Assembly: GCA_965203905.1 (NCBI GenBank)
Contig: CBDBDQ010000005.1
Span: 3,456,001-3,520,000 of the forward strand
Reading direction: 5' to 3'
Source: Spirochaetia bacterium
Lineage (GTDB): Bacteria > Spirochaetota > Spirochaetia > SZUA-6 > Bin103
Length of the DNA stretch: 64,000 nucleotides
Below the pieces are notes generated by a model. The model saw only the letters and a program-made list of their open reading frames with translations. It searched no databases and had not been told where the DNA came from. Position 1 is the stretch's first letter, and every line of letters starts with the position of its first letter. Positions 49,811 through 58,659 of the stretch are shown here, in pieces. Both the position numbers and the translations under genes were made by a program.

Positions 49811-50041
49811 ATGCGCACCACCGTGACGATCGACGACGACGTGCTTGCCGTCGCCCGGGTGCTGGCGCTCAGGGACGGCAGCAGCTTGGGAAGCGCGTTG
49901 TCCACGCTTGCCCGCCGCGGCTTCAGGCGCGCGGAAATCGATGACGACGATGAGGACGACGTGCCCACGTTCCGCGTGGCGCCCGAATCGGCACCCATTA
50001 CCAGTGAGGATGTCCGCAAGGCGCTGAGCGACTGGCCATGA
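49811..50041 (+). CDS. VapB-like (RHH) antitoxin; cognate vapC absent
   Basis: MRTTVTIDDDVLAVAR...SLGSALSTLARRG...ITSEDV; ATGA overlap followed by MIA and then unrelated sequence. Confidence 0.8.
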   Translation: MRTTVTIDDDVLAVARVLALRDGSSLGSALSTLARRGFRRAEIDDDDEDDVPTFRVAPESAPITSEDVRKALSDWP

Positions 50042-50092
50042 TCGCTGCCGCGACTTGCAGACCGCGGGGCGAATCTCCACATTGCTCGTGGT

Positions 50093-50443
50093 ATGGTGGA
50101 GCGCGTCCCCACGTCACCGAAGGCTGTGCGGATTCCCGACATCGTGTACGCCGTGAAACGGCGCCTGGCCGCCATGTGCGGTCCGCGACTGGTCAAGCTG
50201 TGCCTGTTCGGTTCGCGCTCGCGGGGCGATCACTCGCCGCACTCGGACATCGACGTGGCGGCCGTCATCCGCGGCCTTGACCGGCGCGAGAAGATGGCGG
50301 TGCTCGGCGCGGTGGCGGAAATCGAATTCGAGCGCTCCACCGCCATCTCGGCGCTGGTGTTGTCCGAAGCGGCGTTCGCGGAACTCCTGGCCCGCGAGCG
50401 CCGCATCGCTCTCGACATCGAACGCGACGGGATCCCGGTGTGA
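50093..50443 (+). CDS. Minimal nucleotidyltransferase (MNT)
   Basis: LFGSRSRGD...SDIDV...IERDGIPV. Confidence 0.85.
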   Translation: MVERVPTSPKAVRIPDIVYAVKRRLAAMCGPRLVKLCLFGSRSRGDHSPHSDIDVAAVIRGLDRREKMAVLGAVAEIEFERSTAISALVLSEAAFAELLARERRIALDIERDGIPV

Positions 50444-50841
50444 CCGAGCAGAACCGCGGACACGCCATTGGCGAGGAAATGCGCCGCGCCAACGATGCGC
50501 TCCGGGCCGCGGACCTGTTGGCGGCCAACGGGTTGTTCAGCGACGCCGTCTCCCGCCTTTACTACTGCGTCCTCTCACATGTACGCGCCCTGCTGCTCAC
50601 CCTGGACCTGGAGACACGAAGTCACGAGGCGGCTCTTCGGCTGCTGTCCCTGCACTTCGTCAAGGCCGGCACCCTGCCGAGGGAGGCGGCACACGTGTTC
50701 GCCAAACTGATGAAGTTCCGCGAAGAGGCCGACTACAACGCGTCCTACCTGTTCGACGCCGAGGACTTCCACGAGCTTCGAACGGAGGCACTGCGCTTGG
50801 CACAGGCGACGGAGGCGCTCACTGGCGCGGCCGGTTACTGA
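50440..50841 (+). CDS. HEPN-domain protein
   Basis: AVSRLYY, RSH, FREEADY; GTGA overlap with MNT. Confidence 0.85.
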   Translation: MTEQNRGHAIGEEMRRANDALRAADLLAANGLFSDAVSRLYYCVLSHVRALLLTLDLETRSHEAALRLLSLHFVKAGTLPREAAHVFAKLMKFREEADYNASYLFDAEDFHELRTEALRLAQATEALTGAAGY

Positions 50842-50858
50842 GTCCCCGTGCCCCCTTC

Positions 50859-51851
50859 CTACGCGCGATGATGACGGTCGAGGTCCGCAACGGCACCCGC
50901 GCGGCGGCGCGTGGCGCGGTGCGGGGTCTCCGACACCGACTTGGCGGCATCGGGGCCGAGACGACCCACGCCGCCCCTGAGCGTGGTTGCGCCACGCAAC
51001 CGTGGATCGAGCAGGTCGCGCACCGCGTCACCCAACATGTTGAAACTGTACACCACGATGGTCAGGCACAGGCCGGGCCACAGCGCCAACCACGGCGCCT
51101 GCTCCATGTACTTGCGCCCTTCCCGGCTGAGCATGCCTCCCCAATCGGGGATGGTGGCCGGCAGACCGAATCCCAGAAAGCCAAGTGCGGCCAACGCCAT
51201 GATCACGCCGCCTATGCTGGTGCTGAATGAAATGATAATGACCGGTGTGATATTGGGCACGACATGGCGTATGAGCGATCTCCATCGCGACGAGCCCACC
51301 GCCTCGGCCACATCGAAATAGGCGTTCTCCTTGATTCCGATGACAGCGCCCCTGATTACTCTCGCGCCGCCTATGCCTCCCGATATCCCCATGACCAGGA
51401 TGATCTGCAACAGTCCCTTTCCCACGATGGCCATGAGGGTCAACAGCAGCAGTAATCCGGGAAACGCCATCCAGGCATCGACGAATCTCTGCACGCCCAG
51501 GTCCAGTTTGCCACCGACAAATCCCGAAACCCCACCGATCACGGTGCTGATGAATACGCTGATGGTGGTCACCGATACACCGACAAGTACGGACACGCGA
51601 GCTCCGAAGATAAGGCGGCTCAGGAGGTCTCGTCCCGCCTGGTCGGTACCAAGCAGATAACGGGCCGATGGGCCCTGCAGCCGGTCTACCAGGTGCAGTT
51701 CGGTATATGGATAGGGCGACAATGCATCTCCAAAGACCGCCACCAGGATCACCATGAGTATGACAACCCCGCTGGCCGCGCCCAACGGCTTCTCGGTGAC
51801 CAGCCTGATGACGAATCTGGCCGCCGCGCTGCGTCTCCTTGGCTCGTTCAC
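50859..51851 (-). CDS. OppC/DppC-type ABC permease
   Basis: GTDQAGRD, GDAVRDLLDPRLRG; paralogue of 20194-21144. Confidence 0.93.
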   Translation of the reverse strand: MNEPRRRSAAARFVIRLVTEKPLGAASGVVILMVILVAVFGDALSPYPYTELHLVDRLQGPSARYLLGTDQAGRDLLSRLIFGARVSVLVGVSVTTISVFISTVIGGVSGFVGGKLDLGVQRFVDAWMAFPGLLLLLTLMAIVGKGLLQIILVMGISGGIGGARVIRGAVIGIKENAYFDVAEAVGSSRWRSLIRHVVPNITPVIIISFSTSIGGVIMALAALGFLGFGLPATIPDWGGMLSREGRKYMEQAPWLALWPGLCLTIVVYSFNMLGDAVRDLLDPRLRGATTLRGGVGRLGPDAAKSVSETPHRATRRRAGAVADLDRHHRA

Positions 51852-51873
51852 TGCGACGGTAGCACCCGTGGCA

Positions 51874-52839
51874 TCACTGGTAGCGAATCCTGGGGTCCAA
51901 GTAGGGATACAGCATGTCGATGAGTAGAGAGCTGAACAACACCACGCTGGCCAGGAGCAGGTTGATTGCGGAAACGACCGGGTAGTCTCTCTGGTTGAGC
52001 GCAGCCACGAACAGGCGACCTATGCCCGGCAGAACGAATATCTCTTCCAAGATAACCGAGCCCCCGACCAGGAGAGGGAGCTGCAGGCCGATCAGGGTAA
52101 GGACTGGGATGAATGCATTCTTGATCGCGTGTCTGACAATGATCACCCTCTCCCTGAGCCCCTTGGACCAGGCGGTCCGGATATAGTCCTGCCTGAGCAC
52201 CTCCAGCATCATGGTGCGCGTCAGCCGCATGGTGGCGGCCGACATGGCCGTGCCCAGGATGAGGGACGGAATGAAGAACATCCCGAGATTTCCCAGCGGG
52301 TCTTCCGCAAACGGAATCAGCTCTACCGATGGCGACCAGCCCCACCAGATTGCCGGGTAGAGCATGACCATGACGCCGAGCCAGAAGTTGGGCGTTGCCA
52401 AGCCGATGACGGCGACGGTGCGCCCTGCGTAGTCGATCGCCGTATCCTGGCGAATCGCCGAGTAGAGACCGACTGGAATGGCTATGACGAGCCCTATTAC
52501 GATTGCCATGACGCCAAGCTCGACGGTTACCGGCAATCTGCTTATGATCCTCTCCTCTATCGACCAATGGCCAGTCAGTGACTCACCGAACGTGCCGCGC
52601 AGGAGAATATCTCCCATCCAGCGTCCATACTGCACGTGCACAGGCACGTCCAATCCCAGCATGCGCTCCAGCGCTTCACGGTCTACCACGCCACCGGCGG
52701 AAGACCATGCTTCCATCTCCGCCACCATTGCGTCTATTACGTCGCCGGGGAGGAAGCGGACCGCGAGAAAGACTATGACGGTCAAAATCCACAAGGTGGG
52801 GATGGTCAGCAACAAGCGTCTGATGAGATAGGCTCTCAT
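51874..52839 (-). CDS. OppB/DppB-type ABC permease
   Basis: YLIRRLL, QDYIRTAWSKGL, LDPRIRY. Confidence 0.93.
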   Translation of the reverse strand: MRAYLIRRLLLTIPTLWILTVIVFLAVRFLPGDVIDAMVAEMEAWSSAGGVVDREALERMLGLDVPVHVQYGRWMGDILLRGTFGESLTGHWSIEERIISRLPVTVELGVMAIVIGLVIAIPVGLYSAIRQDTAIDYAGRTVAVIGLATPNFWLGVMVMLYPAIWWGWSPSVELIPFAEDPLGNLGMFFIPSLILGTAMSAATMRLTRTMMLEVLRQDYIRTAWSKGLRERVIIVRHAIKNAFIPVLTLIGLQLPLLVGGSVILEEIFVLPGIGRLFVAALNQRDYPVVSAINLLLASVVLFSSLLIDMLYPYLDPRIRYQ

Positions 52840-52936
52840 GGGACAAATGCCCTTGTCATTGCTTAACCTGAGCTACTTAAATGGGCAGCCGGGAAGCGCC
52901 CGCAGGCGAATCGCCTCCCGGCTCCCTTATTCATCA

Positions 52937-54751
52937 CTAGTTTCCCATCTCTTCCTTCATCTCCTGGTCAATCCAGAGGCGCGCCAGGTGGGTCATGCGT
53001 TCGCCCCATCCCATGCCTGCTTCACCGAAATAACCCTGAACCCACGGTTGGTTCACGAAATGATTGGGGATGTTGGATTTCACCAAGCCACAGTGCTCCC
53101 TTACGCAGAGCTCATCGGACTGTCTCTGAATCCTTTTGAACTCCTCGATGTCGGTAGTTTCCGAGGCGGCAAGATAGAGGGCGTCCATGCGCGGATCATT
53201 CATCTTGTTGGCGCTGCGGCCGTCGTTGAGGTTGGTTACCGCTCCAAACGTGTATCCGACCAGGCCGGGACCGCCGAAGTAGCCGTAATACGAAGTAAAT
53301 AAGCCGTACTCAAGCGTGTCTGCCTTCAAGGCAGCTCCCATTTCCGCGGTACCGAACACCTCAAGCTCGCCTTTCACGCCAATGGCGTCGAGGTAGCCGA
53401 TGACCAGTTCCGGATAGGTCTCATCCCACCGGTCGAAATGGCCCAGCTTGATCGTGAATCTATAACCGTCGTCGCCGCGCGGATAGCCGGCAGCATCAAG
53501 CAACGCCTCTGCCTCTTCCGGGTGATACTCATATTCATGCTTGACCTCGTCCGGCCACTCTGCATATGGCCAGCTATACTGTGGCGTGAATTGGCCAACC
53601 AACCCGTACGGTGTTGGATCGCCCATACCCTTGTTGTAGGTAGCGTTGATGGTCTCGCGATCCACTGCCATCTGCAGTGCCTTGCGCACATTGAAGTCTT
53701 GCATGATCGGCAGAGACCAATTAAAATAGAACGTGCCGCTGGGCCGGCTATAAACCGGCCAGAACTCCATTTCAGGGTTGGTCTGCTGGAGGCTCGCTAC
53801 GTCGTCGATAGAGGTTACATAGGCGTCACCGACGTTACTCAGCATATCAATCTTGCCGGTGCGCAGTGCCGCCAGACGGGTTGATGTGTCCGGCATCAGC
53901 AGCGACCGGTACTCGTCAATATAGGGCAGCCGGTTGCCGAATTTCTCGTCGACGCCCCAGTAGTCAGGATTCTTCACCCAGGTTGCCGAGCTGCCCTCCA
54001 CGAAATCAATCAGTCGCAAGGGCCCGGTGCCGACCACGTTCTTCCAGTCCTTGGCGTCTCCGTATTCCTCGATTACTTCGCGAGGTAACACGATAAAGTA
54101 GTTGTTGGTCATTTTGCCCAGCACATCGAGCTGAGGCTTTGCCAGCTTGATCTCAATCGTCCATTGGTCGGTAGCCGTTACCGAGACGATTTCTGCACCC
54201 TGAGTTACCCCACCCTTGCCGGTGCTCGGCCCGTCTTCGGCGAAGTCCCCCAGACCCAAAAAGCGGTGATAGTTCCATTCGACGTCATGAGCATCGAACT
54301 GCCGACCGTTCACCGGCTCCTTGTCGTCCCAGTTGACGCCCTGGCGAATGTTGAAGATGAACGTTGTGTCGTCCGGCATTGACCAGCTTTCGGCCAGAGA
54401 TCCTGTGCTCATCTCCGGGGTCACCACCTGGTACAATTCACCGCGCCAAATATCCCTGGATAGTCCCCAGTCGGCGAACGCGAGCCGCTCATTGACACCC
54501 CCGATGAGGTGTTGCGCCCAGCCAGTATTGAACCAGGGGTCGATACCCGGAGGATAGACCTTGGCGCCCCACGTGAGGGTCCCGCCATACTCCGGCGCGG
54601 TCCACGTCCTGCCGGTGGCGGGGTCGAACACCGTTTCCTTCTCCGTAGCGGCCGCCGGCTCCTCTTCGGCGGCGGCAGCCCAGAGACCGGAGGCAGTCAG
54701 GACCAGGATCGACGCAACCGCGAAGGTCCTGGTAACTTGCAAAACATTCAT
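52937..54751 (-). CDS. Family-5 ABC substrate-binding protein
   Basis: MNVLQVTRTFAVASILVLTASGLWA; PEYGG, GTGP, LPYID. Confidence 0.92.
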   Translation of the reverse strand: MNVLQVTRTFAVASILVLTASGLWAAAAEEEPAAATEKETVFDPATGRTWTAPEYGGTLTWGAKVYPPGIDPWFNTGWAQHLIGGVNERLAFADWGLSRDIWRGELYQVVTPEMSTGSLAESWSMPDDTTFIFNIRQGVNWDDKEPVNGRQFDAHDVEWNYHRFLGLGDFAEDGPSTGKGGVTQGAEIVSVTATDQWTIEIKLAKPQLDVLGKMTNNYFIVLPREVIEEYGDAKDWKNVVGTGPLRLIDFVEGSSATWVKNPDYWGVDEKFGNRLPYIDEYRSLLMPDTSTRLAALRTGKIDMLSNVGDAYVTSIDDVASLQQTNPEMEFWPVYSRPSGTFYFNWSLPIMQDFNVRKALQMAVDRETINATYNKGMGDPTPYGLVGQFTPQYSWPYAEWPDEVKHEYEYHPEEAEALLDAAGYPRGDDGYRFTIKLGHFDRWDETYPELVIGYLDAIGVKGELEVFGTAEMGAALKADTLEYGLFTSYYGYFGGPGLVGYTFGAVTNLNDGRSANKMNDPRMDALYLAASETTDIEEFKRIQRQSDELCVREHCGLVKSNIPNHFVNQPWVQGYFGEAGMGWGERMTHLARLWIDQEMKEEMGN

Positions 54752-54935
54752 ACGTTACTCCGCATGTCGATTTGTTGAGGGAATTGCGTAGCGGCTTGCC
54801 GCTCCCTGGCTACCCTCACGCCCGCAACGCGGGCCGCCAGACTGAGTCAAAATTCACCGGCAGCGCGCGGCGTGTGACTCACCGGACTCGTCCGGGCTCA
54901 CGCCGCGCGCGGGTGCGGTTCCTTGAATATCACTT
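54752..54935 (-). promoter_or_regulatory. Conserved structured 5' leader, copy B
   Basis: Homologous to 24085-24255; perfect 12-bp stem 54863-54910 with nested ccggac/gtccgg hairpin. Confidence 0.55.
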
Positions 54936-55367
54936 GCACCCCCCTTCATGAGCTGTTTGACAGTTGCGGTCGACGGGAAGGGCACGGGCGGTCCGGCGAT
55001 AGACCGAGCCGGCGCCACCGACAGCTGCGACGGCGCTGAAGGCGATGGCGTGCGTGGCGTCACGTACGGCGCGATCAGCCGCAGCGGTTAGTTGTTTCTT
55101 GGTTCGAAAAAGCCCGGGGGAGGGGGGGCAGGGGGGCGCACCGGTTGCGTCACTGCAAACCGGTCATCGTACCGACTGTTGCCGTGGCGTCTCATCGGCG
55201 TCGATCAAGCTCCCTTACGCTACACTTCACCACGCGGGCGACAGTCTGTCAACCGCGCCGATCGCTGTCGCTCGCTGTCGCTGGTCGAAGGATGGATGCG
55301 AGTTGTGACGGGCGTGACGCAAAGCCCGTAAGATAGGACTGTGCGATAGGAGGAGACAAGAAAGAAC

Positions 55368-56294
55368 ATGAAATTCGGTTCACAGCTCAAGGTCTACCGC
55401 GCCCGGTGGGACGAGATGGAGGCGCAGATCCAGGCGCTGGAAGCGGGGCGCTGGAACAGCATCTGGTTTCCCGATCACTTCCTGCCGCCTACCGCCGTCA
55501 CCAGCATTCCCGCCGAGCAGGATGAACGGAACCCGGCCTGGGAAGCGTTCATTCCACTCGCCGTGACCGCGGGGATCACCAAGAAGCTCAAGCTCGGCAC
55601 TCTGGTCGCCGGCAACCCCTACCGCAGCCCGGCCCTGGTGGCGAAGATGGCCGCCGAGATCGACCAGGCCTCGAAGGGCCGTCTGATCCTGGGCCTCGGC
55701 GCCGGCTGGTTCGAACGCGAGCACCAGGCGTACGGTTGGGAATTCGCCTCCATGAAAGAGCGGCAGGACCGGCTGGAGGAGGCCTGCGCCTTGATCCGCA
55801 GGCTGTTTACGGCGGGAGAGCCGGTCGACTTTCATGGCGAGTACTACCGGCTGGAGCGGGCCCCGCTCGCCCCGGGCTGCTATCAACAGCCGCACGTTCC
55901 CATAATGGTCGGCGGCAACGGCGAGCGCCGTACGTTACGCACCGCGGCGCGGTACGCGGACATCTACAACTACAACGGCTGGGCAGGGATGGATGTCGAG
56001 GTGTTCAAGCACAAGCGTAGCGTGCTCGCACGGCACTGCGACGACATCGGCCGGGATCCGGCGGAAATAAAGTTGACGGTTCACTATCCGTTGCGGCTGG
56101 CCGACACGGAAGCGGAACGGAAACGCATCCTGCAGGAACATCCCAACCGGACGGTCGGATCGCGAAACTTCCACATCGACCTGGTCGGGGAGTTCGCGGA
56201 GGCGGGGGTCGTGGAGATGTGCTGCGCCACCCAGGACCGGGTCGAAGATCTGCAGCAGGTGGACGAAGAGATCATCGCCGCGTTCGACTCCTGA
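55368..56294 (+). CDS. LLM-class flavin/F420-dependent oxidoreductase
   Basis: WFPDHF, LGTLVAGNPYRSPALVAKMA, GLGAGWFEREH, IMVGGNGE. Confidence 0.92.
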   Translation: MKFGSQLKVYRARWDEMEAQIQALEAGRWNSIWFPDHFLPPTAVTSIPAEQDERNPAWEAFIPLAVTAGITKKLKLGTLVAGNPYRSPALVAKMAAEIDQASKGRLILGLGAGWFEREHQAYGWEFASMKERQDRLEEACALIRRLFTAGEPVDFHGEYYRLERAPLAPGCYQQPHVPIMVGGNGERRTLRTAARYADIYNYNGWAGMDVEVFKHKRSVLARHCDDIGRDPAEIKLTVHYPLRLADTEAERKRILQEHPNRTVGSRNFHIDLVGEFAEAGVVEMCCATQDRVEDLQQVDEEIIAAFDS

Positions 56295-56311
56295 ACCTCA
56301 GGAGGAGCCAG

Positions 56312-57259
56312 ATGCTGTATAGAAGACTGGGACGAACGGACTTGGAAGTGTCGGAGTTGAGCTTCGGTGCTGCCCGCGGCGCGACGGCCGACCCGCAGGA
56401 GTTCGTCAACACGTTGAAAGCCGCCGTCGATGCCGGAGTGAACTTCGTCGATACGGCGGCCGGGTACGAAAACGGCGAAAGCGAACGGGTCCTGGCGGAT
56501 GCCCTGAAGGGCCGTGACGATGTGATCGTCGAGACCAAGTACCTCCCGTACGAGAGCTTCGCGCCGCGGGCGGTCTACAATGGATCGGCGCAGAAACTGG
56601 TAGCCTCTGCGGAGGGAAGCCTGCGGCGGTTGCGGCGCGAACATCTCGATGTTCTCCTGGGCCACGGGATGCGCACCATAGAGTCCTTCGACCGTTTCAT
56701 GAGTGACGGCTCTTATGACGCCATGGTGAAGCTGCGCGACCAGGGGAAAGTGCGCTTCATCGGCATCAGCGAGTTGTCGGAAGCGGATGGGACTCACGAG
56801 GTGCTGCAGCATGCGCTGCCGACCGGCGCCTTCGACGTGGTCATGCTGACGCTCAACTTTCTCCTGCAGACGGCCGCCGATACCATCCTGTCTCTTGCTG
56901 AAGAGCACGATGTCGGGACCGTCATCATGATGCCCCTCAACCAGGCCTCGAAGGAGTCGGGGCTGGTGAGCCGGGACGCGGCACTCGAATGCGTGCGGCG
57001 CCACATCGCCCACGGCAACCTTCCTGATGACGAGCCCTATACCGATCCTTGGCTGTTCGACTTTCTGAGACCGTATCCCGTTCCGGAAGCCGCGCTCCGC
57101 TACGTGCTGGCCCACGAGGTCGGCACCTGTTGCGTCGGCATGCGAACTCCGGCGCGAGTCGAGGAAAACCTCAAGGCGCTCGATCCACCCTACCTCGATG
57201 ACGGGAGGCTGTCGAAACTGCGGGAGTTATTCCGCGCCATAGAGTGGCAGGTCCGTTAA
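56312..57259 (+). CDS. Aldo/keto reductase
   Basis: YRRLGRTDLEVSELSFG, DTAAGY, SLRRL, GKVRFIGIS. Confidence 0.92.
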   Translation: MLYRRLGRTDLEVSELSFGAARGATADPQEFVNTLKAAVDAGVNFVDTAAGYENGESERVLADALKGRDDVIVETKYLPYESFAPRAVYNGSAQKLVASAEGSLRRLRREHLDVLLGHGMRTIESFDRFMSDGSYDAMVKLRDQGKVRFIGISELSEADGTHEVLQHALPTGAFDVVMLTLNFLLQTAADTILSLAEEHDVGTVIMMPLNQASKESGLVSRDAALECVRRHIAHGNLPDDEPYTDPWLFDFLRPYPVPEAALRYVLAHEVGTCCVGMRTPARVEENLKALDPPYLDDGRLSKLRELFRAIEWQVR

Positions 57260-57408
57260 GCCACGTCGGAGTCCGCAAACTGGCTACAACCCGGTGGGTG
57301 CCAGTTCGCAGATGGATTGGGAGAGGCTGACCGGCTGCGACCGGTTGCCCGCCGGCGTCCATCAAGCTTGGGCGGCTGGTTACGGTAAGCGATACCAACG
57401 CCCGTGGA

Positions 57409-57684
57409 TCATGACAGCTCGATGTGGACCACTTTGCCGAGTGCACGGGCCACCTTCTCGAGCGTCGCAAGCGTAATGCTCTCAGCGTGATTCTCGAGTC
57501 TGGAGATCGCGCTCTTGGTGGTGTGAATCTCCCGCGCGAGCTGTTCCTGCGTCATGCCTTTCTCGAGGCGCAGCTCCTTGATCTGCAGGCCGATCCGCAG
57601 ATTGCGCCGCTCCTCTTCCAACCCGCCTCGGAAGTTCGGGTTCTTCTTCTCCCGCTTCTTTATGTATCTCTCGAGATCGCTCAT
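57409..57684 (-). CDS. XRE-family HTH antitoxin
   Basis: LRLEKGMTQEQLAREIHTTKSAISRLEN. Confidence 0.88.
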   Translation of the reverse strand: MSDLERYIKKREKKNPNFRGGLEEERRNLRIGLQIKELRLEKGMTQEQLAREIHTTKSAISRLENHAESITLATLEKVARALGKVVHIELS

Positions 57685-58031
57685 GGTTTCCTCCGTGCAA
57701 AATAATCCCGGCGATACCGGTCTGCGCGGTCTATTTCGCCCTGTGGGGTCCTTTGCGTCTTCTTCATGAACCCGTGCGTAATCACCACCGTGTTGTTCCG
57801 GCCGAAGAAGCACAGCAGTCGGTAGCTGTTCGACTGCCACCGTATGCGAAACTCGAACAGCTCCGTGCCGACCAGCTTCCTGAAGTACTTTGCCGGGACG
57901 ATTGGCATTGTTTCGACGAGTTCGATCACTGCGATGACCTTCTGCACGACCTTATCCGACAGCATGTCCAAGAACTCCTCCGCCGGGGCGGCTCCGTTCT
58001 TCGTCCTGTAGAACTCAGTCGTTCGTCTCAC
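57681..58031 (-). CDS. RelE/ParE-superfamily (Gp49-like) toxin
   Basis: LFEFRI, YRLLCFF, THGFMKKTQRTPQGEI; toxin-first order with ATGA overlap. Confidence 0.88.
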   Translation of the reverse strand: MRRTTEFYRTKNGAAPAEEFLDMLSDKVVQKVIAVIELVETMPIVPAKYFRKLVGTELFEFRIRWQSNSYRLLCFFGRNNTVVITHGFMKKTQRTPQGEIDRADRYRRDYFARRKP

Positions 58032-58037
58032 TGACCA

Positions 58038-58066
58038 AGGTTAGCAAAAATGTGAATATCAATCAA
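58038..58066 (-). promoter_or_regulatory. Promoter of the TA operon, probably leaderless
   Basis: TTGATT-17 nt-TAACCT, GTG 6 nt downstream. Confidence 0.55.
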
Positions 58067-58261
58067 GCGCTGCCAACAGGAGGCGGTTCCAGGCCGTCCG
58101 AGCCAAGTCCGGCCTCCACGTGGGTGAGGTCGATGAGCCTTGAACGTGCCCGTTGTCAGTGCGGCCAGAGCCAGACAGACCGAGTGCTGCCCAGGGACCG
58201 TGTGCGCCCGTGCACGGCCGCGCCGCCAGGCTACGCTACACTGCCCTACGGAGGAGCCCGG

Positions 58262-58586
58262 TGCTGCAGAAGACTGGGACGAACGGACTTGAAAGTGTCG
58301 GAGCCGAGTTTCCGTGCCTCCCGGGGCGCGACGGCCGACCCGCAGGGTTTCGTCACCACGGCGAAAGCCGTAGTAGATGCCGGGGTGAACTTCGTCGATG
58401 CGGCGGCCGCCGCAGCCGCGCTGCGCTACGTCCTGGCCCACAAGGTCGGCACCTGCTGCGTCGGGATGCGTACTCCGGCAGGAGTCGAGGACAGCCTCAA
58501 GGCACGCGACCCACCCCTACCTCGATGACGCGGGGGTGTCGAGACTGCGCGAACCCTTCGGCACCATCAAGTGGCAGGTTCGTTAA
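58262..58586 (+). pseudogene. Decayed copy of the aldo/keto reductase with ~620-bp internal deletion
   Basis: RRLGRTDLKVSE...GVNFVDAAA|AALRYVLAHKVGTCCVGMRTP...IKWQVR*. Confidence 0.9.
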
Positions 58587-58659
58587 CCCGCCTACAAGAA
58601 TGAGGTATGCCCGTAAGGCTTCAGCATCGAACGGCAACGGTGTTCCTCCGGTGCGACTA

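Noticed and set aside
39790-58100. TA genes as integron cassettes
   Set aside because: No intI, no recognisable attC (RYYYAAC...GTTRRRY) pattern, and mixed orientations
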